Assembly: GCA_013416795.1 (NCBI GenBank) | Contig: RQSC01000023.1 | Span: 151,768-215,767, forward strand | Source: Prasinococcaceae sp. CCMP 1430 | Lineage: Eukaryota; Plantae; Prasinodermophyta | Direction: 5' to 3' | DNA length: 64,000 nt | Shown here: positions 10,966-20,872 of the stretch, in pieces | Layout: each line of letters begins with the position of its first letter | Position numbering within the stretch: the stretch's first letter is position 1 | The notes under the pieces: generated by a model | What the model saw: only the letters and a program-made list of their open reading frames with translations | Databases searched by the model: none | Told to the model about the DNA's origin: nothing | Program-made: the position numbers and the translations under genes

Positions 10966-11149
10966 CAATCTGATTGAAATGATCTGCGTGGCTGGCGAAC
11001 GCCACGACAGTGATGCAGTAGCAACTGATGCTGGCGGGGGCAGCGCCGGCGCGGGAGGCGGCGACGATTGGATGGCGCGCGTCCTGGCGCACTTGGAGCA
11101 GGCTCTCGCGCGCGTGCGCGAGCTCGGATTCGGAACCCCGCAAAAGTAA
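10966..11149 (+). CDS. Possible 3' fragment of an unknown gene, cut by the single-N join at 10965
   Basis: Open frame with protein-like sequence (DDWMARVLAHLEQALARVRELGF) ending in TAA. No family recognised. Confidence 0.3.
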
Positions 11150-11159
11150 GCCCGGGTAT

Positions 11160-11370
11160 TCCATACCGTATAGACTCATTTTATGGGCATCGTGTCTTGG
11201 TCCAGTCCAATGGATTTCGCTCAAACGTTTCGCCGCCGTAAGAAGCGCGTTTCGTGACTGACTTCACGTGGGGCCCGACCACCGCGGAATTGTCAAAGCT
11301 GGTCATCATCAAGCAATATGCCATTGGTTTGCTGACTGACTGAAGCAGGAGTGTACCCGGCACTTCGATC
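11160..11370 (-). pseudogene. Degenerate glutaminase-like fragment
   Basis: LLQSVSKPMAYCL...FERNPLDWTKTRCP*NESIRYG resembles the glutaminase QSxSK..Y and PxNPxINxG motifs. It has an internal stop and no start. Confidence 0.4.
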
Positions 11371-11825
11371 GGACGAGAGTCTTCGGTGACGAGGCGGTTC
11401 GGCAGCCAGGGACACGTCAGCCGGATCTGTGCCGGGGTGTGTGCTCGTCGTGTGCTCCCGCGCGCTCGAGCGATCGATCGCACTGGGTTGGTTGTTGGGT
11501 GGTTGGTGTTGGTTGGTTGGAGCGATCTCGCGTGGGCCCCCTCTCTGTGGTCTAAATCGGATTTTTGATTGTGTTCTCGCGTTCGCGTTTGCGCGCAGTG
11601 TCGCGCGCCCTCGCTGGCTGGATCGAAAGCGATGGTCGAAAGTCCGCGCGCGAGTGCGAAATATCTACGGCGCGGCGCGCGTTCCCCGCGGCTCAGAGCG
11701 CGCTGCACGAGTTCATCCTAACCGAATGCGCGGGCACGTCGCCGCGCCGGGGAGGGCGCCACCCCGCGCACGCATCGCACCCAAGCTCGCAGCCCCGTAC
11801 CGCCCTCTCCCCCCCTCCTATCACC

Positions 11826-12307
11826 ATGCCTGTCGACAAGCTGATGGCCGCGCAGGCGGGGTTCGCGGGAATGTATGGCCTGCAGATCGGGGTGTCGCCC
11901 AAGACGGCATCCAAGACGTGCGTCAAGAGCGCGCGTGCACGCGCCTCTGCCGTCCCCCACCCCCGCAGCGCTCGTGCGCTGACACAACCTCACACGCCAT
12001 CGCGCCTCCCATCTTGCGCAGGTTCTACGGTAACGACTCCCCCGCGAAGTCAGAGACTGGGGTGGGCCAGTGGCTCGGGTTCACCAACTGCATCATGGGG
12101 GCCACGTTCGGCGTGCTCTCGACTGCCGACCTCTCCAAGAGCGACAAGAAGAAGCTGTACGCGATCGGCGCGGCCTCTTGCGCCGCAGGCAGTGCCATTG
12201 CGCAGCACCAGGTTGGCTCCAAGGGCTTCGACAAGACTCAGGCCACGGTCGCCACGGTCCTGAACGTCGCGATGGGCGCGATGTACGCGAAGAAGTTGCT
12301 CGAGTGA
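11826..12307 (+). CDS. Small (~125 aa) multi-pass membrane protein of unknown function; exons 11826-11917 and 12022-12307
   Basis: A GTGCGT..GCAG intron restores the frame. Strong C/G-ending codon bias and about four Gly/Ala-rich hydrophobic segments. Confidence 0.75.
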
Positions 12308-12438
12308 GTAGAGCACGCAGCCCACCCACGCAGCGCACCCACCAGCCCACCCACGCACGCACACGCACGCGCGCACGCATGCATGCAAACGCGTAAGTGA
12401 CCACTTATGAGGCATCGCGCGCAGGATGCTCTGGCGAG

Positions 12439-13472
12439 CTAAGCGGTCGCGCGCACGAGCGCGTCAGCCTCGCCGGGCGCGAGGCCAACGAGCCGCTCAC
12501 ACGCGTCCCACACGCGCGCACGGAGCGACGCGTCGGTGGCGAGCGGATTGGAGGCGCACACGCAGCCATCCGACCCAAGGTGGGAGCCCGAGCATGGCGG
12601 TTCGGAGCAGCTGGCGGCGTGCAACTGCGCGCGCGCCCCATCGGCGGCGCTCAGCAGCACCTTTGTCATCACGCAGCGGTACATCGACTGCACGAGCTTT
12701 GGCAGCGTGCGCACGACGCCGGTCACGACGTTGCCCGGGTGCAGCGACACGACCGACACGCGCGCTTCCTTGGGTAGTCGACGCGCGAGCTCCACCGTGA
12801 GCATGACCTCGGCGAGCTTGCTCTGCGCATACGCCTTGAGTGGCGTGTATGTCTCCTCGGCGACCTGCAGGTCGGCGAGCATCGCGTCGCCGTCGAACGC
12901 AAGCTCGTGCAGGATCGATGCGACATTCACCACGCGCGCGCCCTTCGGCTGCGTAGATCGGCGCAGCGACGGTAGCAGCAGCAGCGTGAAAAGGAATGGC
13001 GCGAGGCAGTTCGTGTGCAGGTGTGATTCGTGGCCGTCGGCCGTCTCGGATCGGCCCGCGCCCATCGCGAACACGCCTGCGTTGTTGATCACAGCATCGA
13101 CGGCATGATCGCGCGCGCAAAGCGTGGCGGCGGCGGTGCGCACGCTCTCCATCTCGCCCAGATCCATCTTGAGGGTCTCGCAGCGCAGCGGCGGCGCGTA
13201 CTCCCCGGCCGCGCGCGCTGCGTCCTGCTCGGCCTCCCATGCCGCGATCAACGCGTCGGCGCGCGCCGGCCGCCGGCAGCAGAGCACGACTCGCGAGCCT
13301 CGCCCGGCTCGCCCCCACCGCGCGCCGCGGAGCGGCCCACGTACGCAGTCGCGGCCGCGCCCGGTGCGATTGGCGACATGCCCGCCACCCACATGCGCTG
13401 CAGCACCACGTCCGCGAGCACGCGACACCACGTCCGCGCGCGGTGGCAGGCACCAAGCTGGGAGGGCGCCAT
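12439..13472 (-). CDS. Short-chain dehydrogenase/reductase (retinol dehydrogenase/Tic32-like); frame break near 13310-13340
   Basis: Motifs RVVLCCR, INNAG, VVNVAS, catalytic YAQSK, LHPGNV. The TGxxxGxG segment is absent at the frame junction. Confidence 0.85.
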
Positions 13473-13758
13473 AGCGGCAAGGCCGCGCCCGGCTCCGCGG
13501 GCGGCCGATGCGCGCCGTGTGGTCGGGATGGTGGCCACAGCAGTCGGTGCCAGGGTCCAGTTGGCTTCTTGAAAAAGCAATGTGGTGGACGGCGCAGGCG
13601 GGCAGGCAAAAGACGGCACGCGCGCTGCTGCGCGAGCTCGATGTCGAGCGCGCTGCTCGATTGGGTCCTAGTTACAGAATGCGCAGCGAGGCGGCGGCGC
13701 GGGGGACGCGGGACGTGTGGGTGGGCTGGGTGTGGGGTGCGGGGGGGAACGGGGGCCC

Positions 13759-15801
13759 TCACGCCGCGACGGGTTTGGTCTTGGCCTTGAGGTAGGCACT
13801 CTGGCGCTCGTTGAGGCGTTCCAGCTTCCGCGTAAGCTTTTGCGAGGGGCTGTCGTAAAGGCTGGGCGCCTTGTCGGCGCGGATGCCTCGCGCGGCTGCC
13901 TTCGCGGACCCCGGGCCGAGCGCGTCGTGCGCGCTCGCCGCGGCGCCACCAAGCTCGACGGTGGCCTGCCACTCCTGGAGCGCGCGCACTTGCGCCTCCG
14001 TCTGCCCGAGCTGCAGCCTCATGTTCTCTCTCGCCTCGAGGAGTGCCTTGATCGTGCTCTGCTGCTCACGAAGCCGCGCGTTGGCCTTCTTGATGGTGGC
14101 CTTCTCGCGCACGCGCGCCTCCTCCGCGAGCCGCTCGGCGCGCCCGATGATTGCCTCCCGCTCGGCCCGCGCCTGCGCCGCCGCATCCGCCACGGCGCGC
14201 TCGCTGGACACGCGCGCCTCTCGCGCGCGCTCCGCCGCATCGCTCAGCTGCGCTGCTGCCTCGGCGGCATCCGCCGCCGCGCGGTCGCGATCTGCCTCGG
14301 CGTCCTTGAGCTTCGCCGTTGCTTCCGATGCGCGCTCCTCCGCCGCCGCCACCATCTCCTGCATGCGAATCACATCCCTGTGAAGCGACTCCCTCTCCGC
14401 GTCGGCTTCAGCCTTCGCCGCCGCGGCACGCTCCGATGCAGCGACAGCGCTGCGCCGGTCGGCCTGCGCCGCCGAGAGCTCTCGGCGGAGGTTCTCAGCC
14501 TCTCGTGCACCAGTGTCGGAGACCTCTTCCGCCTTGCGACTCGAGGCGATGGCTGCGGCGCGCGCCGCATCCAGCGCCGCCTGCAGCTCCAGGTTGCGCG
14601 CGTCCCATCGGGCGCGCTCGGTCTCAAGCTTTGACTTTGCCGCCTCCTCCACGCTCTCGCTTGCACGACGCGCCGATTCGAGATCCGCGCGGTGCATCGC
14701 CTCGGTCGCCTTGCGCGAGCTCCGCTCCGCCGCTGCCGCCGCGTCGATCCTCGCCTCGGCGTCAGCGAGCTGTGCGGTCAGGCTTCCGTTGCTCTCCTTG
14801 AGAGCGTAGCATCGCGCCTCCAAGCTGGACACCTTCTCCTCCAGCTTCGCCTGCGTGGTCGCCCACCCCGCCTGCTCGCCAAGGCGCCGGTCCTGCAGCT
14901 CCGCGTTAGCCTTCTGCGCCAGCTCGAGCTCGCTCTGCAAGTTGCGCGCGCGCCGCCCCATTGCCTCGAGCTGCCGCCGCATGGTCGACTCTTCCGCCTG
15001 AGCGCGCTGCACGTCTGCGCGCGCCGCCATCGTCTTGGCCTCCACGTCGGGCGCCGCTCGCTCCAGGCTGTCACGGAGAGCGTCGCACTCCTCGTCTGCC
15101 TTGGCGCGCGCGGCGCGCGCGGCGGAGAGCTCCCGGCTCACCTCTGCCAGCCGCACCTCGAGCGTCTCCACCTGACTCGGCGCATCCTGCAGCCCCGCGA
15201 GATCCTCGCGCAGTTCCCCGAGCCGCGCCTCATAATCCACCTTGAGCATCGACACGAGCTTCGCGTGCGCCGCGCCGTCAGCCTCTGCGCGCGCTGTGAT
15301 GATGGCGAGGTCGTGCCTGGCCGCATGCGCCTGCGAGTGGAGCATCTCCGCCTCGCGCTCGAGCGACGCGCACTTGGCGCGATACGGCGCCTCGATCTCC
15401 TCGCGCAGCCGCAGCTCCATCATCTGCAGCTCATGGGGGTTCATGATCGTCGTGCTCGCCGCCTCGAATTCGGCCTGCTTCGCGGCAAGGCGCTCGGCCC
15501 ACTGCCGGCACAGCCCCTGGTAGTAGCCTTCGGTCTTCTCCTTCTCGTCCGACAGGCCCGCGTACCGCGTCCCCAGCTCGGCGTGCTGTGCCTGCAGCGC
15601 CACGTGCAGCGCCTTGAGCGACTCGAAGTTGGCCTTGAGCGTCCCGTTCTCGGCGCTCAGCGCCTTGAGCTGGCGCACCGCGCGCCGCAGCTCCTTGTAC
15701 CCCTCCTCGCCGAGCGTGTCGCTCGACGAGTTGGTCGCCTGCTCATCCGGCGCGTCGTCGAGCGTGTCGTCCTCGACCGCCGGGGGCGCCGCATCGTCCA
15801 T
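13759..15801 (-). CDS. CEP83: Coiled-coil protein, CEP83/CCDC41-like (centriole distal appendage)
   Basis: KANFESLKALHVALQAQH and IMNPHELQMMELRLREEIEAPYR resemble the CEP83 N-terminal blocks as I recall them. The rest is heptad-rich. Confidence 0.65.
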   Translation of the reverse strand: MDDAAPPAVEDDTLDDAPDEQATNSSSDTLGEEGYKELRRAVRQLKALSAENGTLKANFESLKALHVALQAQHAELGTRYAGLSDEKEKTEGYYQGLCRQWAERLAAKQAEFEAASTTIMNPHELQMMELRLREEIEAPYRAKCASLEREAEMLHSQAHAARHDLAIITARAEADGAAHAKLVSMLKVDYEARLGELREDLAGLQDAPSQVETLEVRLAEVSRELSAARAARAKADEECDALRDSLERAAPDVEAKTMAARADVQRAQAEESTMRRQLEAMGRRARNLQSELELAQKANAELQDRRLGEQAGWATTQAKLEEKVSSLEARCYALKESNGSLTAQLADAEARIDAAAAAERSSRKATEAMHRADLESARRASESVEEAAKSKLETERARWDARNLELQAALDAARAAAIASSRKAEEVSDTGAREAENLRRELSAAQADRRSAVAASERAAAAKAEADAERESLHRDVIRMQEMVAAAEERASEATAKLKDAEADRDRAAADAAEAAAQLSDAAERAREARVSSERAVADAAAQARAEREAIIGRAERLAEEARVREKATIKKANARLREQQSTIKALLEARENMRLQLGQTEAQVRALQEWQATVELGGAAASAHDALGPGSAKAAARGIRADKAPSLYDSPSQKLTRKLERLNERQSAYLKAKTKPVAA

Positions 15802-16404
15802 GGCGCGGGCTCCGGTCGCCGGGGCGAGAGCCCCACGCGCGCCCCGCGCGCAGCCCGCCTCCCGCGCGCGCGGTGTGGCGCCAGCCCCTCCTCTCCCTTC
15901 CCTCGCGCACCCCTCCCCCCCTTCCCCCCACGCTCCCGCAGGTTTCGCGGCCGGGCGGCGTTTCGCCGCCGCGGGTGCGCGCGCGCCCCCCCCGCGAGGG
16001 CCCATCAAACCGAACGTCCCCTTCCACCAACGGTCCTGTGAAGGGGAAGGGAAAAACGCTCTGCTCTCGCCCTCGCCTTCCGCGCGCGGCCGAATTCGCA
16101 AAGCGGCGGGAAAAAGCCAAGGCCGGGGAGAAAAAAAAAAAAAAAACAGGGTGGCGAAGCCGCTCCGCTCGGCGGGAGGGCGGAAGCGCGGGCTCGCCTC
16201 GCCGGATGTTGGTTTGGAGTGCGACGACGTGTGCGCTGCGAGGCGTGATTGGGGTTGGGGTTAGGGTTATTGGATGGCGCAAGGCGGGTGCGATCTGATG
16301 TGCGAGCCGCCGTGCGTCCGCCGGAGCGCAGGGCGGGCAGTGCGCGTCGATGGGCGATCCGGCGCGGGAGCCGCGCCCGCGCGGCGCGAATTGGCCGCGG
16401 GCGC

Positions 16405-17265
16405 GCCACAATGTCGCCGTTCACGGCGCGCAGCGAGGAGAGGTCCACGGCCTCGAGCGCGTCGGTGCGCACGACCTCGAGGTCGCCGTTGACGAAGAGG
16501 AGCTTGCCCATGTCCACGACGGGGCCTAGGAGCGGGTGCTTGGCAATACGCAGGCCGCCGGGGGCTTTGAGCCTGTAGGGCGCCTTGCCGAAGGTGTCGG
16601 GGTCCACCACGGCAGCGCCGCGGTAGTCGATGGCCTCGGCGGTGATGTTGCCCAGCGCCTCGCGCCACGCGGCGAGGAAGTCGTCAGTGGAGTCGGCGTC
16701 GGGCGCGAAGGCGTCGGGGAGGGAGGTCACCGGCGTCGGGATGGCCTCGACGACGTCGGCGCCCATCGACATGCTGAGGCCGCCGCCCTCGCCGCCCGAC
16801 AGCCACCAGTCGTCCGCGCCGTACGGGCAGTTGTAGCCGAACACTGCCCTCAGCGAGCGCAGGTCGAGGTGCTCGAGCGCGCTGGAGCCGTCGTGGCGGC
16901 CCTCGATCTCGACCTTGCCCTCGACGGTCCGGAGACCTGAGAGGTCGATCCCCGTCACGTGGGTGGTGGACACCTCGAGGTTGGCGTACGTCCCGCAGGG
17001 CGCGCGGTTGGGGGTCACGATGGAGCGCAGCTTTGACGCGTCGATGAAGCCCTCGTCCTTCTTGCCGATGCCCGCGCTGGTCACGTTGCCGTAGACGATC
17101 GTGCAGCCACGGTGCGCGACCTCGGCCAGCGTGTAGCCCTCCGGAGTAGGCGGGGCGTTACAGACGACGCGGTCGCGCGGCGGCAGCGGGCCAAAGTCGC
17201 CAGTGATGGCGTCCTGCGGCGCGTCCTCGGCGCGCGCAAGGCCGGCGCCCGCCACCGCCGCGCCC
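16405..17265 (-). CDS. Secreted receptor-L-domain/LRR-like protein fragment (both ends apparently missing)
   Basis: Repeats [49 protein letters not shown]; CTIVYGNV start; end of a signal peptide ([12 protein letters not shown]); strong coding bias on the minus strand. Confidence 0.7.
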
Positions 17266-17283
17266 GCGCCACGCGCCTCGCAG

Positions 17284-17588
17284 AGCAATGCGTGCTTCGA
17301 CAAGTGCATGACCAAGCCGCACAAGGAGAGCGACCTCAACGTGGGCGAGAACAGCTGCGTGGACCGCTGCGTCGCCAAGTACTGGCAGGTGCGGCCGTAG
17401 CTGCGCTCGCGCGCCGACCGCTGCCGCACGCCACGCGCAGCCCGCCTGCTCCCAAGCTCCCCAGCTCACCACACCAACCATACACGCCATCTCCGCGACC
17501 CCTCCCCCCACACACACGGCAGGTGGTGAGCACCGTCGGCGCGCTCCTGGGCAACAACAGCCAGCCGCCGCCGGGCGGCGCGCCCTGA
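17284..17588 (+). CDS. TIM10: Mitochondrial small Tim protein TIM10, 5'-partial; exons 17284-17388 and 17523-17588
   Basis: Twin CX3C motif CFDKC...[22 protein letters not shown] and a canonical intron 17389-17522. The first exon is not found. Confidence 0.88.
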
Positions 17589-18045
17589 GCACCATCGATG
17601 GCACGAGGACCGCCAGCGCGCCCTAAGCACGAATGCATGGAGTGTGCGAGTGCGTGAGTGCGCGACCCCTAATAAAATTCTTTCAGCGGATATCCCGGGG
17701 GCGCCGAAGGCGCATACCGGGGTAAATGGCTGCAATTTTCCCATCCTAAACCCGGTCTTTGGTGGGACGCGGTGAACCCCGGTTGGGTCGTCACAGCGAG
17801 GGTGTGTGACACCGCGCGGCGTGGGCGCTCCGCCCGGCGGCCGGGCGGGGCGCACAGTGCGCCCGCGGGGCGCGTGTGCGCGGGAGCGTTTCTTGCCGAT
17901 GCGTGCTGGGTGAGACGCGACCGGCGGGGGCAGGGCCGGGGCCCCGGATGGCGCGCGCGCGCGCGCAGGGTGGCCCGCAGCCGCCACCGCCGGCCGCTGC
18001 GGCTGGCAGCCGAAGGAGCGTGCGGCGGCCGCCGCGCTCGCACTC

Positions 18046-19330
18046 ATGGCGGTGGCGCTTGCGACGGCGGCGCTGTTGTATGCCCTTGCGCCCGCAGGTG
18101 ACATCCCAGTGAGCGCGCGTGTGTCGCATCGAACATCGCTGCTGAAGCCTTCGCCGAAGTACAAGCCATGGAAAGCCAATCGGGCCGCGGTCATCCATGC
18201 GTGCACGCTCCCCCGAGTGTCCGGGGAGGCAGCGCTCACAGACTGGCGGCCCGGGGATGCACCCGCCGTGCTGGTGGGCGCATCGGACAATAGCGCCCTC
18301 CGCGAGGCGACGAGGAGGCAAGTTCTCCTTGCTGAGCGTGGCGATGCCACCGTGAAGCTCGCTTCGAGCGATACCTGGTCGACTAAGCAGGTGCGGGGGT
18401 GCCACGCGCGTCGGTGAAATTAGGGCGCGGTGCATTTACCCACGCTTGTGTGCATGTGCGGGGCGCACGGGCGGGCGCACCTCGATGCCATGTAGTCGCT
18501 GCAAGACTCAGGCCGCGACAGAACGCGTGCCGCACAGCGCCACACGACCGGCTTGCTGCTCGCGCTCCGAACGCCACTTAAACATCACTCTGGGCTGCGC
18601 GGGCGCCACTCGGCCCCCCGCACGTGCCCTGCTGGGATGTGCCAGTGGCGGACAATGAAATCCTCTGGCACTTGTCGGGGGCTGTCGATACAGCTGCGCG
18701 CACGCTCTCTGCCGTGCGCGTGGTGTTAAAGACAGCGGACACATTCGCCCTTCCGCCGCGACTCCCATCTCGGAGCCGACCTCGCACAGGGGACCCTCAT
18801 TGACCCGCGCCGCCTACCCACGAACGCCCGCCCGCCAGATCGAGACAACGCTCTCCGAGTACGTCCTCAATTGGAAATCTCCTCAGCCGCCTGACCTGCC
18901 GGCGATCGACGCGCTGTACCTCTTCGACTCGTCGCTCGCGCTGGCCGACTCGACATGGGCTGCTGTGTACACGACATATGCTCCCCCGAAGCCCGCCGTG
19001 GCGCCTCCTCTCGACCGCGAGCCTGCCCTGTCCTTCGGCATCGCTCCCGCGGGCTCGGGCGTACAGTGGCACGTCCACGGCCCCGCGCTTGGCGAGGCGC
19101 TCCACGGACGCAAGCGCTGGCTCCTGTACCCTCCGCACGCGAAACCAGACTTCGAGCCATACAACACGACGGGACAATGGTTGCGCTACGGCGGCCGGCC
19201 CGCCCCACCATATGATGCTCCTCCCATCGACTGCACCGTCGGACCTGGCGAGGCCATCTACGTGCCCGACATGTGGTGGCATGCCACCTTCAACGTGGAC
19301 GACTGCGTGTTCATGAGCACATTCCCATGA
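18046..19330 (+). CDS. JmjC-domain protein, JMJD8-like, with signal peptide; exons 18046-18390 and 18839-19330
   Basis: Motifs GSGVQWHVHG, GRKRWLLYPP, PGEAIYVPDMWWHATFN; phase-0 GT-AG intron 18391-18838. Confidence 0.85.
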
Positions 19331-19488
19331 CGCGCCGCCCCTGCGTGCTAATACGTGCGACGCCTAATACGACCACTTGTTGCAAAAAGAATGTCGACTG
19401 AGAGCATTTCTCGCTTGCCCCGCAGAGCGCGGCGAGGCGCATCCTATCCTCCTGTTCGCATCGCACGCGCACCGAAGCCGGCTCGCGC

Positions 19489-20304
19489 TTACGTTCTCTC
19501 GTCGCTTCCGGCGTCGTCAGCCTTCGCCTTCTTGGCCGGCGAGCGCTGCATCTGCCACGCGCGGTCAGGTCTCGGCAGGTCGAACACCGTCAGTGAGGTG
19601 CCATAGGTGTTGCCGCCTAATCTGCTGATGGGCTGCAACTTCTCTAGCTGGACGACAGACTTGCCGCCCTCCTTTGGCGGCGTGTACACGCCATCGTGAA
19701 GGTGGAACATGATCACCTCGCAGAGCACCATGGTGGTGGTCGCCTTGCCATCGGCGTTGGTGATCTCGTGCAGGTTGCGCACCTTGCACTCGAGGCTCAC
19801 TGCGGCCTCGGCGACGCGCGGCGCCGCCACTAGCTCGCTCTTCGCCTTGGTGAGGCCCGCCAGCTTGAATTCGTCCACACCTGCGTCGTAGTTGCCGCAT
19901 GTGTGGTTGGCCGACTCTACGTACCACTCGGACATGATGTTGATCACGAGGCTGTTGGTCGCCTCGATGTTGGTGAGAGTGTCCTTCTTGCCGCCGCCAC
20001 GCGCGCCGCTGCGGCAGATGGACACGACCACGCAGGGAGGGTCATGGGCGACACAGCCGAAGTACGAGTACGGCGCGAGATTGACCCTTCCTTCAGCGTC
20101 CACCGTCGAGCACAGAGCGATGGGGCGCGGCACCACCGCGCTAATCATGAGGTGGTAGCACCCGCCCGGCACGTCCTGTGGGCGCAGCGCGCGGTGTGTG
20201 CCCTCGTACGGGATAGCCTGCGAAATGTCGCCATCGGGTTTCCACTCAGGATGCGGCGTGCGCACCGCCTCAAACGCGTTCTTCCTCTCTGCAACGTCGC
20301 CCAT
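19489..20304 (-). CDS. Flavin reductase-like FMN-binding protein (DIM6/NTAB family)
   Basis: Motifs SAVVPRPIA, NLAPYSYF, KKDTLTNIE, PISRLGGNTY. Confidence 0.92.
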   Translation of the reverse strand: MGDVAERKNAFEAVRTPHPEWKPDGDISQAIPYEGTHRALRPQDVPGGCYHLMISAVVPRPIALCSTVDAEGRVNLAPYSYFGCVAHDPPCVVVSICRSGARGGGKKDTLTNIEATNSLVINIMSEWYVESANHTCGNYDAGVDEFKLAGLTKAKSELVAAPRVAEAAVSLECKVRNLHEITNADGKATTTMVLCEVIMFHLHDGVYTPPKEGGKSVVQLEKLQPISRLGGNTYGTSLTVFDLPRPDRAWQMQRSPAKKAKADDAGSDERT

Positions 20305-20646
20305 CCCTGCCACCGCCGCTGCTCCAGAGAGCGCGTGCCCGCCCCTGCCGCCAGCGTGCCGCCTCTTCCGCTGCCACTTCCGCCGCCGGCAATACCGCCG
20401 AGCGAGATCCCAACGCGCCGAGCGCGCGCTGTGTGGCGTGACTTGCCGCGCGGACGCGGGCCTTCCCCGTCTCCCTGCGTGCCGCGCCGGCGGGGAGCGG
20501 GGCACCGCGCGCCGGCGCTGCCGCCTGCTGTGGTGCCACACGTGCGCGCGCTCACATGCTCGCCCGTTCGACCGGCGCAGCAGGACGACGCGCACACAGG
20601 GTCCATACCCTAAACACCCCGCACATTTCCAGGGTGCCTGGATCAT

Positions 20647-20688
20647 CTGTAGACTAGTCTACTGTAGACTACTGTAGTCTACTGTACG
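20647..20688. repeat. Short tandem/palindromic repeat, unit TACTGTAG(A/T)C
   Basis: ctgtagac tagtc tactgtagac tactgtagtc tactgtac, which includes the palindrome gtagactagtctac. Confidence 0.8.
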
Positions 20689-20872
20689 TATCTCTTACAC
20701 GCACATGCGTGTCGTGCCTGCACACGAACGCGCTCGCGTTGCGCTGGTGGGCGCATAACTCGCACTCTCGGCCTACGGAGTGTGCGGGACTAGTGCTGTG
20801 CCTACGGCGAATGCTTGGGCCGCACCAGAAGTGCGGCCCGCGTGTGGCACCAGCAGGCGGCGGCCCGTCTCC

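Noticed and set aside
14692-16041. Long antisense or alternate-frame ORFs (e.g. 14692-16041, 29587-31176, 40456-41778, 44984-46210, 47704-49791, 61487-62977)
   Set aside because: These are expected shadows of real genes at high GC: Arg/Ala/Pro-rich with no motifs. The 47704 ORF only contains OEP21 exon 1.
17203-17429. True antisense overlap or fusion of TIM10 with the L-domain gene
   Set aside because: The coding signals abut rather than overlap and both 5' ends are missing, which an assembly collapse explains better.
17700-17716. Glycine riboswitch, suggested by CGCCGAAGGCGCA
   Set aside because: The GGAGA and CUCUCAGG elements are absent and the context is eukaryotic intergenic DNA.
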